The notes: generated from the sequence alone by a model not told the origin. Shown: positions 28,266 to 38,645, counted from the stretch's first letter. The stretch: DNA of 64,000 bases from a bacterium (GCA_965249485.1 OZ252239.1:3040001-3104000), one strand, 5' to 3'. Program-made: numbers and translations.

Positions 28266-29967
28266 TATACAACAGCCTGTGTTGAATTCATGACTTCTTC
28301 AACCGTTGTCAATCCATTCAGTGCTTTGAGGAGGCCATCCTGGCGCAGTGATTTCATTCCATTTTTCATGGCGTAGTCGCGAACATCTAATGGCGATTTT
28401 CTTTCAAGTATCATATATCGAATTTCATCATCGACCGTGAGAAACTCAAAGATTGCCAAACGTCCTTTGTATCCGGATTCCTTACAGCTTCTACACCCTT
28501 TCCCCTTATAAAAGGTATACTTTTTCTTGGACTGAAGACGCAATTCTTTTACCAGTACATCGGAAGCTTCATAAGAAGTTTTACAATTTGTACAGACTTT
28601 CCGGACTAGTCGCTGAGCTACAACACACGTAAGTGATGATGAAACCAGAAACGGCTCAACATCCATATCAACAAGTCTGGTTACGGCTCCAGAAGCATCG
28701 TTAGTGTGGAGTGTGCTTAAAACCAAATGTCCCGTAAGCGCGGCCTGCACAGCACGGAAGCTGTTTCAGAGTCACGAATCTCACCGACCATGATAATATC
28801 GGGGTCCTGCCGCAATATTGAGCGGAGCCCTGCTGCAAAGGTCATACCTATTTTACTATTAACCTGTGATTGGCGAATGATTTTCAACCGGTATTCAATC
28901 GGGTCTTCAATAGTAATAATGTTTTTAGATAGATCATTTATCGAATGTAGCGCGGAATAAAGCGTCGTCGTTTTTCCGCTCCCGGTTGGTCCCGTGACAA
29001 GAATTATTCCATAAGGACTATGAAGGTTTTTTTCAAATTCCTTCTGAGTCTTCGGTGTGAAGCCAATGTGATCAAGATTGACGATGAGATTTGTTTTGTC
29101 TAAAATCCTCATGACAATGTTTTCACCCATCGCAGTAGGAATTGTAGACACACGAATATCGACATCGTGATTATCAACTCGAATCTGAAACCGTCCGTCC
29201 TGCGGGAGCCTTCGCTCAGCAATATTTAATTCGGACATGATTTTTATACGTGAGGCGATAGCATATTGCAGATGCTTTGGCTGAACGAATACTTCACGCA
29301 GCATACCGTCAACCCGGAATCGAACCCGAAGCAGATCTTCTTCGGGTTCAACATGGATATCGCTAGCTTTGTCTTTGATCGCCTGAGAAAAAATCAGATT
29401 AACGAGACGTATGATAGGCGCTTCTTCACCTGTCGCATCAGCAGTAAGAACATCATCACCGGCATAAAGTTCATCAGAGACTTTTTCATCCTGAATAAAT
29501 TGAACGACTTCATCCATTTTACCACTTGTCCCGTAATAGACGTCAAGTGCGCTATTCAAGTCTTCTTCAGTGCAGACTGCTGCCTCGATTTCGAGATTAA
29601 GCTTTTGGCCTAACTCATCGAGCGTAAATACGTCAAGCGGATCCACCATGGCAATTGTCAATGTATCGTTCAATTGGAACAATGGTAGTATTTTTTTCAT
29701 CCTGGCAAAATTTTCATCAATATGTGCCAGCGACTCCGTATCAATATGGTACATGCCAAGCGACAGAGATGGTAGTTCAAGTTGCTCACTGAGGGCTTCC
29801 ATGATTTTAACCTGAGTTGTAAATCCCAATTGGATGAGGGCTTTACCCAATTGCATTCCCTTTTGCTTTTGAAGCTGTAATCCCTTTTTCAGATGATCTT
29901 CATTAATAGCTCCAACCGATACCAGCAGATCACCTATTTTAAGTCTACCCCCCTTTTGCACGGTCAC
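28265..29967 (-). pseudogene. pilB: Type IV pilus/T2SS assembly ATPase (PilB/GspE family) with MshEN-like N-terminus; split by a 1-nt deletion
   Basis: ASDIHVEP, AERRLPQDGR, GPTGSGKTTT, EDPIEY, LRQDPDIIMVGEIRD, then a frame change. Adding one base near 28753/28754 gives [24 protein letters not shown] and continues through AQRLVRKVC and GCRSC..GYKGR. Confidence 0.88.
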
Positions 29968-30098
29968 TCTCCTTATGGTTTACTATTTTATCCGAGAATT
30001 CAGGATCAATTGAGTTTTCAAAATTAATAAAATACATGATTAATATAAGTATTAGCTTAAATATATGAAAATTGTTTATCACCTAATATTGAATTTTC

Positions 30099-30905
30099 TT
30101 AGGTCATGAAAAACCAAGCAATATATATGTCCGAAATAATATCACCAAAAAGCAAACCTACCACAGCTCCAATAGCAAGATATGGTCCAAACGGGATTAC
30201 ACCTTTTGGCAATTTCCCTTTAATAAGCATCCTGCCGCCTTCAAACAATGCCGCGCATAAAAATGCAGAAAACAAGCCGACAACAATGTTTTGTATACCT
30301 AGAATCAGTCCCATCATAAATCCTAATTTTATATCGCCACCACCCATGCTCTCTCTTTTAAAAATCCGAGATCCGGCAACAGAAGATAAAAACAAAAATC
30401 CGCCGCCAATAAGTGCTCCAATCACCATATCCAACCAATTGGACAGTTGGGATAGCAAGCCAAATAATACTCCACTAACAACGCCTGCTATAACTAATGA
30501 ATCGGGTATTATTTGGAATTCTAGATCTATGAAAAATATCGCTATCAACAAATATATAAAGATTATCGATTCAATTCCTATCAATGTTAAACCATGCCAC
30601 TGAAACACTAAGAGTGTCAATAAACCGGTAATAAATTCAACAATGAAATAGCGTTTTGAGATATTAGAATGACAGAATCTACATTTGCCTCGTAATAGTA
30701 AAAAACTCAGTATAGGCACCATGTCGATTACACTGAGTTTTTTGCTGCAAGCAGGACATTGAGATTGAGGAAAAATAATCGAAATATTTCTCGGGATTCG
30801 ATAGATACAAACATTCAGAAAACTTCCAATCGAAGCGCCAAAGAGGAAAACAAAGGTCACGGTAATTTCGCCTATCCCGAAATACGCCATTATGCTATGT
30901 AACAT
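30099..30905 (-). CDS. pilD: Prepilin peptidase/N-methyltransferase
   Basis: GSFLNVCIYRIP, SQCPAC, GKCRFC, IDLEFQIIPD, MGGGDIKL, IPFGPYL. Confidence 0.94.
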   Translation of the reverse strand: MLHSIMAYFGIGEITVTFVFLFGASIGSFLNVCIYRIPRNISIIFPQSQCPACSKKLSVIDMVPILSFLLLRGKCRFCHSNISKRYFIVEFITGLLTLLVFQWHGLTLIGIESIIFIYLLIAIFFIDLEFQIIPDSLVIAGVVSGVLFGLLSQLSNWLDMVIGALIGGGFLFLSSVAGSRIFKRESMGGGDIKLGFMMGLILGIQNIVVGLFSAFLCAALFEGGRMLIKGKLPKGVIPFGPYLAIGAVVGLLFGDIISDIYIAWFFMT

Positions 30906-31275
30906 CAGAATTTAACAATTTCTCAAGAGACTCAACCAACTGATCCGTATTTAATGGCTTTGTAAAAAACAAATCACACCCTGTTGCCTCCCCCAATCTC
31001 TTATCTTCTGTCTCAGTTCGTGCCGTTATCATAACAATCGGAATATGTTTATATGAGTCATCGTACTTCAGTAATCTACAGACTTTAAATCCGTTTATCT
31101 TTGGAATCATGACGTCAAGAATAATCAAATCAGGATTATCCTTCCGGGCAATATTCAGTCCGTCAAATCCGTCATGCGCTGTTAACACTTCGTATCCCTC
31201 TGATTCCAGACGTGTTTGCAGGGCTTTTAGAAAATCGAATTCATCCTCGACTATTAAAATTCTTCGTTCGCTCAC
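30895..31275 (-). CDS. Single-domain response regulator
   Basis: ILIVEDE, PDLIILDVMIP..NG, MITAR, TKP. Confidence 0.93.
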   Translation of the reverse strand: MSERRILIVEDEFDFLKALQTRLESEGYEVLTAHDGFDGLNIARKDNPDLIILDVMIPKINGFKVCRLLKYDDSYKHIPIVMITARTETEDKRLGEATGCDLFFTKPLNTDQLVESLEKLLNSDVT

Positions 31276-33245
31276 AGAATCACCTCGGCATTTTCTTGTT
31301 TCATCTGCAACGGTATGTTAATATGTATAGTAGTGCCTTTATTGAGCTCACTTGTTACTTTTACCGATCCTCCATGAAGGTCAACAAATTCTTTAATTAT
31401 TGACAAACCAAGGCCGGAACCATCTTCCCGGGCTCTCTCATTATCTTCTATTCTGTAAAATCTGTTGAAAATTTTTGGCAGGTCCTTTTTCGAAATACCC
31501 CGGCCGGAATCCTGAACCTCCAATTCTAGTGACGATCCATTACTTCGTACTTTTAAAATAACCGTTGATCCGTTTTCTGAAAATTTCTGAGCATTGTCAA
31601 AACAATTGAGTAGAATTTGAGTAATAGCATCCGGATCTGCATATATTTCATCAATATCCTCTTGGATTTCCAGCTTAAGATCAATATTTTTTTTCTTATA
31701 ATGAACCTCAGCACTTCGCACTACATTCTCAATTAAATCGTGAAGGTTGAAATATGAATTCCGTAATTTCATAATCCCTGCTTCAATAAGTGACATGTTA
31801 AGTAGGTTATTTATAATATTGTTAAGCCGCTCTAAATTATGTGACATAATATTCAGGTAATCCATTTGCGTTTTAGAAACTGGCCCGGCAATACCGTCTT
31901 TTATAATTGAAGCAAATTCTTTGAGCGTTGCAACAGGAGTACGCAGTTCATGAGACACATTAGATATAAATTCACTTTTAAGCCGCTCAACTTCCCGCTC
32001 CCTGGTTACATCTCGCAGGACCATCATAATGCCCTGACTCATTCCATCATTTGCAAGCAAATTAGCAACATGTGCATCGACAACAGTGGTCTTATTATCT
32101 TTTCGGTCCAGAGTGAACTCCTGAATAAATGTACCATGCTGCAGCTTTAATCGATCATAAATATTCTTAAAATCTAATTTCAGAAAACCTTCTATATGCG
32201 CTTTATCTATTTCTGTTAAACCTGCATCAGAAAACAGGTCGTTTGCAGCTTTGTTCACTTGTATTGAACTGTCCTGCAGATCATATACAATAATTCCATC
32301 AGGAAGATCTTCAATAATAAGCTGCATTTTAGTCTTCTGGCTTCGCACAACATGCTGAAGCTGGTTAAAGAGGGTCTCACCCTGTTGGGACAATTTTTCT
32401 ATAAACTGTTTGTCTTCTAACGAAAATGAGCTCTGTAAATACCTGCCGACCGAAAGTACACCGAACACCCCTAAGCTGCCTTTGAGTTGTACAGTATAGC
32501 TTTCAGAAATTGCTTCATCAAAGACCAATTCTTCATTTTCAAACCGAAACTCAAATGTAATGCTTTTCCCATCCAGCGAAGCACCTGCTTTCGTGAGTAA
32601 AATCTCTTTCAATTGCTCAAGCGTATTTTGTCCAAGTTTTCTGGAAGATTTTACTGTAATGGTTTTCCGTCTGATATCGAGTATGGAACAAAAATCAATG
32701 TGGACAGCTTCCGAAATGGATTCAAAAATACTTGCATATACTTCAGTCACATCGAAATTATATGCAAGGTTCTTAGTGAAATTGAAAATATTTGAAAGTT
32801 CAACAAGATTTTTCTTGAGGAGATCGCGGTCACGCTCCGTCTGAAGATGGAGTCTGATATTTTCCCGAAAGAGCTTCTGTTTATCCAGATGAATAGTAAC
32901 AAGATGATAAAGGTGCTGCACATCGAACGGTTTTGTGATAAATTGGTCGGCTCCAAGATTGACAGCCTCAATTGCTGCTTCAAGAGAGGCTCTACCTGTC
33001 ATGATGATGACAATGATATCATCATACTGCTCACGGGCTTTTTTGAGAACAGCAAGCCCATCCACTTTAGGCATTGCTAAATCTGTTAGTACAAGGTCAT
33101 AATTTGTTTTTTCAAGTTTTTGGCATGCTTCTTCACCATCTTCCGCAAAATCGAGGGCATTAAAATCTTCTTTGAGAATTTGTGAGAGAAGCTCACGAAT
33201 GTGTAGTTCATCATCAACAATGAGAATTTTATCATTTCTTGACAT
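31272..33245 (-). CDS. Hybrid sensor kinase (N-terminal receiver, GAF-like, PAS, HisKA, HATPase)
   Basis: ILIVDDE..VLTDLAMP..TKP; LPDGIIV...RDVT PAS; SHELRTP H-box; N..DNAQKF, DSGRGI, FYR, GSGLGL. No TM segments evident. Confidence 0.92.
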   Translation of the reverse strand: MSRNDKILIVDDELHIRELLSQILKEDFNALDFAEDGEEACQKLEKTNYDLVLTDLAMPKVDGLAVLKKAREQYDDIIVIIMTGRASLEAAIEAVNLGADQFITKPFDVQHLYHLVTIHLDKQKLFRENIRLHLQTERDRDLLKKNLVELSNIFNFTKNLAYNFDVTEVYASIFESISEAVHIDFCSILDIRRKTITVKSSRKLGQNTLEQLKEILLTKAGASLDGKSITFEFRFENEELVFDEAISESYTVQLKGSLGVFGVLSVGRYLQSSFSLEDKQFIEKLSQQGETLFNQLQHVVRSQKTKMQLIIEDLPDGIIVYDLQDSSIQVNKAANDLFSDAGLTEIDKAHIEGFLKLDFKNIYDRLKLQHGTFIQEFTLDRKDNKTTVVDAHVANLLANDGMSQGIMMVLRDVTREREVERLKSEFISNVSHELRTPVATLKEFASIIKDGIAGPVSKTQMDYLNIMSHNLERLNNIINNLLNMSLIEAGIMKLRNSYFNLHDLIENVVRSAEVHYKKKNIDLKLEIQEDIDEIYADPDAITQILLNCFDNAQKFSENGSTVILKVRSNGSSLELEVQDSGRGISKKDLPKIFNRFYRIEDNERAREDGSGLGLSIIKEFVDLHGGSVKVTSELNKGTTIHINIPLQMKQENAEVIL

Positions 33246-34128
33246 GAAACTCCTCTGCTACAATAGATCCTGGAAATTCATTTCTGGTTCCCCATCCCAA
33301 TTTAGATTGCAGGACATTAAAAAAACTATGTGAAGGTAAGTGGACTAAATTTAGAAAATTTGGACATTTCCGTATAAGCACTTTGCTGCCGGGCTTTAAA
33401 ATTGTTGTGACATGTCCATCTGCACTAATAGGTACTTCATCAGGTCCCGATTGCAGTTCTATTTTTATAGTGAAATCACCAGGTATTATCATTGGACGTG
33501 CGGAAAGTGTGTGGGGATAAACAGGATTAATAAGTAAATTATCAATTGTTGGATACATTATCGGACCGCCTGCAGATAGAGAATAAGCAGTAGAGCCAGT
33601 AGCTGTCGAAACAATTATACCGTTTGCAACATATGTGTGACAAAATTTATCATTGATAGTTAAAGCGAGTTTTATTGTCCGTTCATAATCACTCTTATCA
33701 ATAAAGATGTCGTTGACAGCCAACAAATGTTCTGAACCGTTAGTATCTGTCACGGCTTCGATCATAATCCGCTTTTCAACAGTAAACTTGTTTTTGACTA
33801 AGTCGTGAATTTTGTCTGGCAGTTCTTCTGGTGTGATCTCTGTTAAAAATCCAAGATGTCCAGTATTGATCCCCAATATCGGAATATTAAAATTTTCGAG
33901 TGTTTTTGCTATGTACAGGAGTGTTCCATCACCGCCAAAAGCCAGAATCATATCCGAAATTTTACCCAGCTCTTTACGGGAAACTCCTTTATCCGGCAGA
34001 TTGAGTTTTTGTACAAAGCTGTCTTCAATTACAAAAGATATATCTTGATTTTCAAGTCTGTCAATAACTTTACGGACAGGTTCATGAATTTCTTTTCGCT
34101 CGATATTACCTGTAATTCCAAATTTCAC
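33232..34128 (-). CDS. nadK: NAD(+) kinase
   Basis: FGGDGTLL, GINTGHLGFL, AVND, TGSTAYSLSAGGP, KLGWG. Confidence 0.94.
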   Translation of the reverse strand: MKFGITGNIERKEIHEPVRKVIDRLENQDISFVIEDSFVQKLNLPDKGVSRKELGKISDMILAFGGDGTLLYIAKTLENFNIPILGINTGHLGFLTEITPEELPDKIHDLVKNKFTVEKRIMIEAVTDTNGSEHLLAVNDIFIDKSDYERTIKLALTINDKFCHTYVANGIIVSTATGSTAYSLSAGGPIMYPTIDNLLINPVYPHTLSARPMIIPGDFTIKIELQSGPDEVPISADGHVTTILKPGSKVLIRKCPNFLNLVHLPSHSFFNVLQSKLGWGTRNEFPGSIVAEEFHVKK

Positions 34129-34161
34129 TTTTTCTCCAACCGTACCCGCTAATGTACATGC

Positions 34162-34386
34162 TCATGACAGAATTGTTAATTGAAAATCACCATCGCTGTC
34201 TTTAACTATCTTTTGAATCTCTTTTTCAGCAGATTGCAATTTATCCTTACATATTTTCACAAGCGAAATTCCTTCCTGAAAGAGTACGACTGTATCTTCA
34301 AGCGCTACTTCTCCTTGCTCAAGGTTATGCACAATGTCATCCAGCCGTTTCAGAGCTTCTTCAAATTTTTTTTCGTTTTTTGTCAT
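34162..34386 (-). CDS. xseB: Exodeoxyribonuclease VII small subunit
   Basis: FEEALKRLDDIV..LE.G...LE.....F.EG..L...C...L..AE; directly downstream of xseA. Confidence 0.94.
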   Translation of the reverse strand: MTKNEKKFEEALKRLDDIVHNLEQGEVALEDTVVLFQEGISLVKICKDKLQSAEKEIQKIVKDSDGDFQLTILS

Positions 34387-34416
34387 AATCCATTTATTCC
34401 GGTTTTTGAGCGTACC

Positions 34417-35643
34417 TTAAAACAATTCTGTTACGGATGCATCTGCGTTACCATGAGCGAATTTCACCGCGATCTCATCTCCAATATCAAGCTGACGTTT
34501 ATTTTTTACGATACTATCATCTTTTTTCAGATAAGTAATGCTAAAACCTCGTTTTAGCACAGCCTCAGGATCGTACGATTTCAGCAAAAGTTCTATTTGC
34601 CGAATATAACTTATTTTATCACCGATTAGATTTTTATATGCTGATTCAAGCTTCGTGGTAAGAAGATCAAGGTGTAATGAAGATTGCTTTGCAAGTTCCA
34701 GCGGCATTTGAAGCGAACGGGACAGTTCGAGGTTTTCAACCTTATCCCTATAGAACTGTATTCTGTCCACAATCATTTTATGAATATGCTGCAATATTTC
34801 GACACAGTGTCTCCACTCCCTTGCTGCATCACGTACAACTAGCTCTGCTGCAGCTGATGGAGTAGGAGCACGCAAATCTGAGACAAAATCAGAAATAGAA
34901 AAATCAATTTCATGTCCAACAGCAGAAACAACAGGAATATCTGAATTGAATATTGCCCGTGCGACAACTTCTTCATTGAATGGCCATAGGTCTTCGAGAG
35001 AGCCACCGCCACGGCCGACAATCAGAACATCTACTGCACCATATTCATTAAAATCATTTATAGCCTGTGATATTTCTTCGGCTGCGCCATCACCTTGTAC
35101 ACGAACGGGACAGAGAATCATCTGTACACCTGGGAATCTCCGTTGAATAACACTTTTGATATCACGGATAGCAGCTCCCGTAGGTGATGTTACAATTCCT
35201 ATAGAATCCGGATAAAGGGGAAGGGGTTTTTTAAATTTTTCGTCGAACAGCCCTTCTTCATGGAGTCTTTTCTTTAATTGATCAAAGGCAATTTGTAACT
35301 CACCCACTCCAAGAGGCTGGATCAAATCTACATCAAGCTGATACCGTCCAGCCTTTTCAAAGAGCGTTACTCTCCCTTTTGCGAGTACTTTCATCCCATC
35401 CTGTGGCGTAAAAAACAGGTTCATATTTTTGCCACGCCACATAACAGACGAGAGCTGAGCTTGCTCATCTTTTAATGTGAAGTAAAAATGACCCGACGAA
35501 TGTCGTTTAAAATCGGATATTTCGCCCTCAACCCAAACTGAGTAGAATGCATCTTCCAACGTTACTTTGATAAGCCGGGTAATTTCCGATACTGTATAAT
35601 GTGTCTCGGCTTCGAGATTGTTTTCGGATTTAACCTGATGCAT
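34417..35643 (-). CDS. xseA: Exodeoxyribonuclease VII large subunit
   Basis: VWVEGEIS, SGHFYFTLKD, TSPTGAAIRD, RGGGSLEDLW.FNEE, SAVGHEID, RAPTPSAAAE. Confidence 0.97.
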   Translation of the reverse strand: MHQVKSENNLEAETHYTVSEITRLIKVTLEDAFYSVWVEGEISDFKRHSSGHFYFTLKDEQAQLSSVMWRGKNMNLFFTPQDGMKVLAKGRVTLFEKAGRYQLDVDLIQPLGVGELQIAFDQLKKRLHEEGLFDEKFKKPLPLYPDSIGIVTSPTGAAIRDIKSVIQRRFPGVQMILCPVRVQGDGAAEEISQAINDFNEYGAVDVLIVGRGGGSLEDLWPFNEEVVARAIFNSDIPVVSAVGHEIDFSISDFVSDLRAPTPSAAAELVVRDAAREWRHCVEILQHIHKMIVDRIQFYRDKVENLELSRSLQMPLELAKQSSLHLDLLTTKLESAYKNLIGDKISYIRQIELLLKSYDPEAVLKRGFSITYLKKDDSIVKNKRQLDIGDEIAVKFAHGNADASVTELF

Positions 35644-35747
35644 AAGATTAAGAATGTGAGGCTATATTAAGGCAATGTGTTCTAATAAATGTTTTACGTT
35701 TATTAGAAAAAGTCCATGGATCAAAGCAGTCACCATGAACTTAATGC

Positions 35748-35843
35748 TTATTTACCCTTTTTTTTATGCCGATCCTTACGCAGGCGCTTTTTCCGTTTAT
35801 GGGTCGCTATCTTATGCCGTTTTCGCTTCTTTCCACTCGGCAA
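35748..35843 (-). CDS. 30S ribosomal protein bS22 (AURKAIP1/COX24/mS38-like basic peptide), 31 aa; not in the ORF track
   Basis: TTG start 7 nt after SD AAAGGAGGT (35851-35859); translates MPSGKKRKRHKIATHKRKKRLRKDRHKKKGK-TAA. Confidence 0.9.
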   Translation of the reverse strand: MPSGKKRKRHKIATHKRKKRLRKDRHKKKGK

Positions 35844-35877
35844 ACGCAATACCTCCTTTACAACGATTCCTTAAAAG

Positions 35878-36171
35878 TTAAATATTTCTTTTATGCTCAT
35901 CATCTACTATTATTCTCAACTCTTTGGACGGCTTAAAGACTGGTACAAATTTATTCGGAATATTTACTTTTTCACCAGTTCGGGGATTTCGAGCGGCACG
36001 CGGTTTCTTTTCCCGCACTTTAAACGTACCGAATCCTCTAATTTCAATACCTTCACCGTCCTTTAATGCTTCACGTATTGTTAATATAAAACCATTTACA
36101 ACAGCTTCAGTTTCAACTTTTGTCAGTCCGGTTGCATGTGCAATACGATTGACAACATCGGCTTTCGTCAC
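35878..36171 (-). CDS. hup: HU/IHF-family DNA-binding protein
   Basis: MTKADVV..IA..TGL, IEIRGFGTF, ARNPRTGE.V.IP...VPVFKPSKEL. Confidence 0.93.
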   Translation of the reverse strand: MTKADVVNRIAHATGLTKVETEAVVNGFILTIREALKDGEGIEIRGFGTFKVREKKPRAARNPRTGEKVNIPNKFVPVFKPSKELRIIVDDEHKRNI

Positions 36172-36365
36172 AGATTCTCCTCCTCTACTCTTTATTCTTA
36201 GTCTGTTTGGCTGACGTATATATAATATATTATTGCAGTGCGTCTGATTTCATTTCCGATTATAACAAGACAGGAAAATCTAAGATTGACGGTGTGCGCG
36301 AATACATTGCAAGAGATTTAAGAAATCGCCGAAAGACTATATCATAGCTAAACTTACAAATGTCA

Positions 36366-36394
36366 AACTTAAAGATTTATTATCAAAAAGTCAA
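36366..36394 (-). promoter_or_regulatory. Putative sigma70 promoter upstream of the HU-bS22 genes
   Basis: TTGACT-N17-TAAGTT on the - strand; a second TTGACA lies at 36361-36366. Confidence 0.4.
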
Positions 36395-36411
36395 ATAAAA
36401 AAAGGTTAATT

Positions 36412-38553
36412 TCACCGATAGGTAAGTGCCCTTGAATCGGATTGTGAGAAAGGAATAACCAATTTGTCTCCGGGACGGATCAAATTAGACGATCTGAGAT
36501 TATTCACACTTTTAATAGCGCTCACAGATGTATCATGAAATTGTGCTATTTCCCAAAGTGTATCGCCCCTTTTAACAGTATAAACAATATCACGTTCTTC
36601 CTTTATTTCGCTTCCATCTGCAGTAATTATTGCTGCTCTAGTCTCATCATCAGGAAGTAAATATATTGAATCTCCGGGATGAATGACACTTCTATTCGTC
36701 AAATTATTCCAGGAAAGTAAATTATTAACTGTAATACCATATTTATTCCCAATTCGAGATATCGAATCCCCTCTTCGAACAGTATGCACTACCTGCCTGT
36801 TGCCCGAGTTTGAAGAATTATTGGAATTTGTTTGTATTTGAACAGCTACACTGGCCGATTGTGGCAGCCAGACAGCAAGTTTCTGATTCGGATATATATA
36901 TCTATTCCTACTCAATCCATTCCAGGCTTGTAAATTCCGCACGCTCACTCTGTGTGCCTGAGCAATATCCCATAATGTATCGTTTTTCCTCACGATATAG
37001 TCTATCTTTTGGCGCCGGTTGGAATCCGACGGAACAGCAAGCGCAGTACTGGCAGTTATACTCCGCTCAATATATCCAGGAGTAAATCCAGAAGATGGCC
37101 GTGGTATTGTCAATCTTTGGCCTATTTGCAGTCTCCGCGCATTACTAATATTGTTAACAAGCATGATTTGGCGCTGGTCGACTTTAAAAAGATCAGAGAT
37201 TTCCGAAATTGTGTCACCTCTCCGGACGGTATACGTCAATTTTGTTATCAACTCGTTATTGGGGATTGCATTAAAATTTTCAGCAAAGTGTTTATTTGCT
37301 CCCTTTGGAAGGCGAATTGTATACGATTTATTTTTCGAATTTATCTCGGGTGTAATATAAATCTTTAACTCAGTATTCAAATCCCGGATAATTTTTTCAT
37401 CGACAACAGCTGCTTGCGCGATGACATCAAGACTTGCTTGTTTAAAAATTTCAACTTCTTCAAACTGTATCGGCTGCATTACGGGAGGAGCAAATCCGTA
37501 TTTTCTCGGATTTTTCATAACTTCTACTGCAGCAAGAAATTTCGGGACATAATCTCTTGTTTGGCGCGGAAGCGGCCAACCCAATTTCCAGAAATCTCTT
37601 GTTTTATATCTGCTTATCGCCTGTCTGATACGTCTTTCAGACACATTATACCCAGATAAGGCAAGATACCAGTTTTCATCCCAATAAAAATACAGGTCCC
37701 TCAAGTGTTTCACGGCAGCACGCGTGGCTTTGAACGGATCTCTCCGTTCATCAATATACCCATCGATCTTCAGGCCATTCCGCTTTCCTGTTGCTGATAT
37801 AAACTGCCAGAGACCTACAGCTCGTGCATACGACCTAACAACGGGATTAAAGCCGCTTTCAATCATTGCAAGATAAGCCAGTTCTCGAGGCATCCCTTCC
37901 TGGTCAAGTACTTCAAAAATCATAGGAAGATATTTACCGGAACGCTCAATATAGACTTTGAAATGTTTTCTTTGGTTACCGTAGGCAAAACGAGAAATCC
38001 ATTTTTGAACACTACTATTCATCTCTACGGGAATCGGTTTTACACGTTCACCCACTGAAAGAGAAACATTCGGTGTTATGTCGCTTTCTCGCTCAGCATT
38101 CTGTATAACCCGCAATATCTCGATTTCCTGCTGAAGAATATCACTGTCGGTATCATTAATATCGAATCCTTCTCTTCGGAGAACTTCGCGAAAATTCCTG
38201 AGAATAGAATTTTTCGAATTTATATACTCAGGATATCGTATATAGTTTTCATCTTCTTCATAATCCGCAATTATGTCCAGTGCTTCTTCAAATAACCTCC
38301 TCGACTCAAGAAGATTTCCCTGCACATAAAAATCCCAGGCGCTTGCATCCATTGCCTGGAGTATTCGTACAATCTCCGGCTGCAAATTGACTGCAAGATT
38401 ATCAGGAAAATTATTTGTTGGAGGGATACGTTTAGGGGAAGCTTTTTGAGTTGTTTGTGTGGGTGGATTGGGTGATGTTTCGGCAATATGTTTCGTGCAA
38501 GACGTAGATACGGTAAGAATAATAAGCAAACCGGCCAGAACACGAATATTCAT
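36412..38553 (-). CDS. mltD: Membrane-bound lytic transglycosylase D-like lipoprotein (SLT domain plus four LysM)
   Basis: Lipobox STS-C after ATG 38553; LAMIESGF, AVGLWQFI, DERRDP, TRDYVPK; four Y/H.V(R/K)(R/K)(G/N)D(T/S) LysM repeats. Confidence 0.88.
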   Translation of the reverse strand: MNIRVLAGLLIILTVSTSCTKHIAETSPNPPTQTTQKASPKRIPPTNNFPDNLAVNLQPEIVRILQAMDASAWDFYVQGNLLESRRLFEEALDIIADYEEDENYIRYPEYINSKNSILRNFREVLRREGFDINDTDSDILQQEIEILRVIQNAERESDITPNVSLSVGERVKPIPVEMNSSVQKWISRFAYGNQRKHFKVYIERSGKYLPMIFEVLDQEGMPRELAYLAMIESGFNPVVRSYARAVGLWQFISATGKRNGLKIDGYIDERRDPFKATRAAVKHLRDLYFYWDENWYLALSGYNVSERRIRQAISRYKTRDFWKLGWPLPRQTRDYVPKFLAAVEVMKNPRKYGFAPPVMQPIQFEEVEIFKQASLDVIAQAAVVDEKIIRDLNTELKIYITPEINSKNKSYTIRLPKGANKHFAENFNAIPNNELITKLTYTVRRGDTISEISDLFKVDQRQIMLVNNISNARRLQIGQRLTIPRPSSGFTPGYIERSITASTALAVPSDSNRRQKIDYIVRKNDTLWDIAQAHRVSVRNLQAWNGLSRNRYIYPNQKLAVWLPQSASVAVQIQTNSNNSSNSGNRQVVHTVRRGDSISRIGNKYGITVNNLLSWNNLTNRSVIHPGDSIYLLPDDETRAAIITADGSEIKEERDIVYTVKRGDTLWEIAQFHDTSVSAIKSVNNLRSSNLIRPGDKLVIPFSQSDSRALTYR

Positions 38554-38645
38554 AAGCTTCTCCGGACTTTTCAGATAATAAGGTAATATATTAAATATCG
38601 GCACTTTATGCACAGCACTCCAACAAATGTAGAGCTAGACAATCG

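Noticed and set aside
35675..35881. 68-aa + strand ORF in the ORF track
   Set aside because: It is the antisense shadow of the bS22 gene, which has a strong SD and a recognisable sequence.
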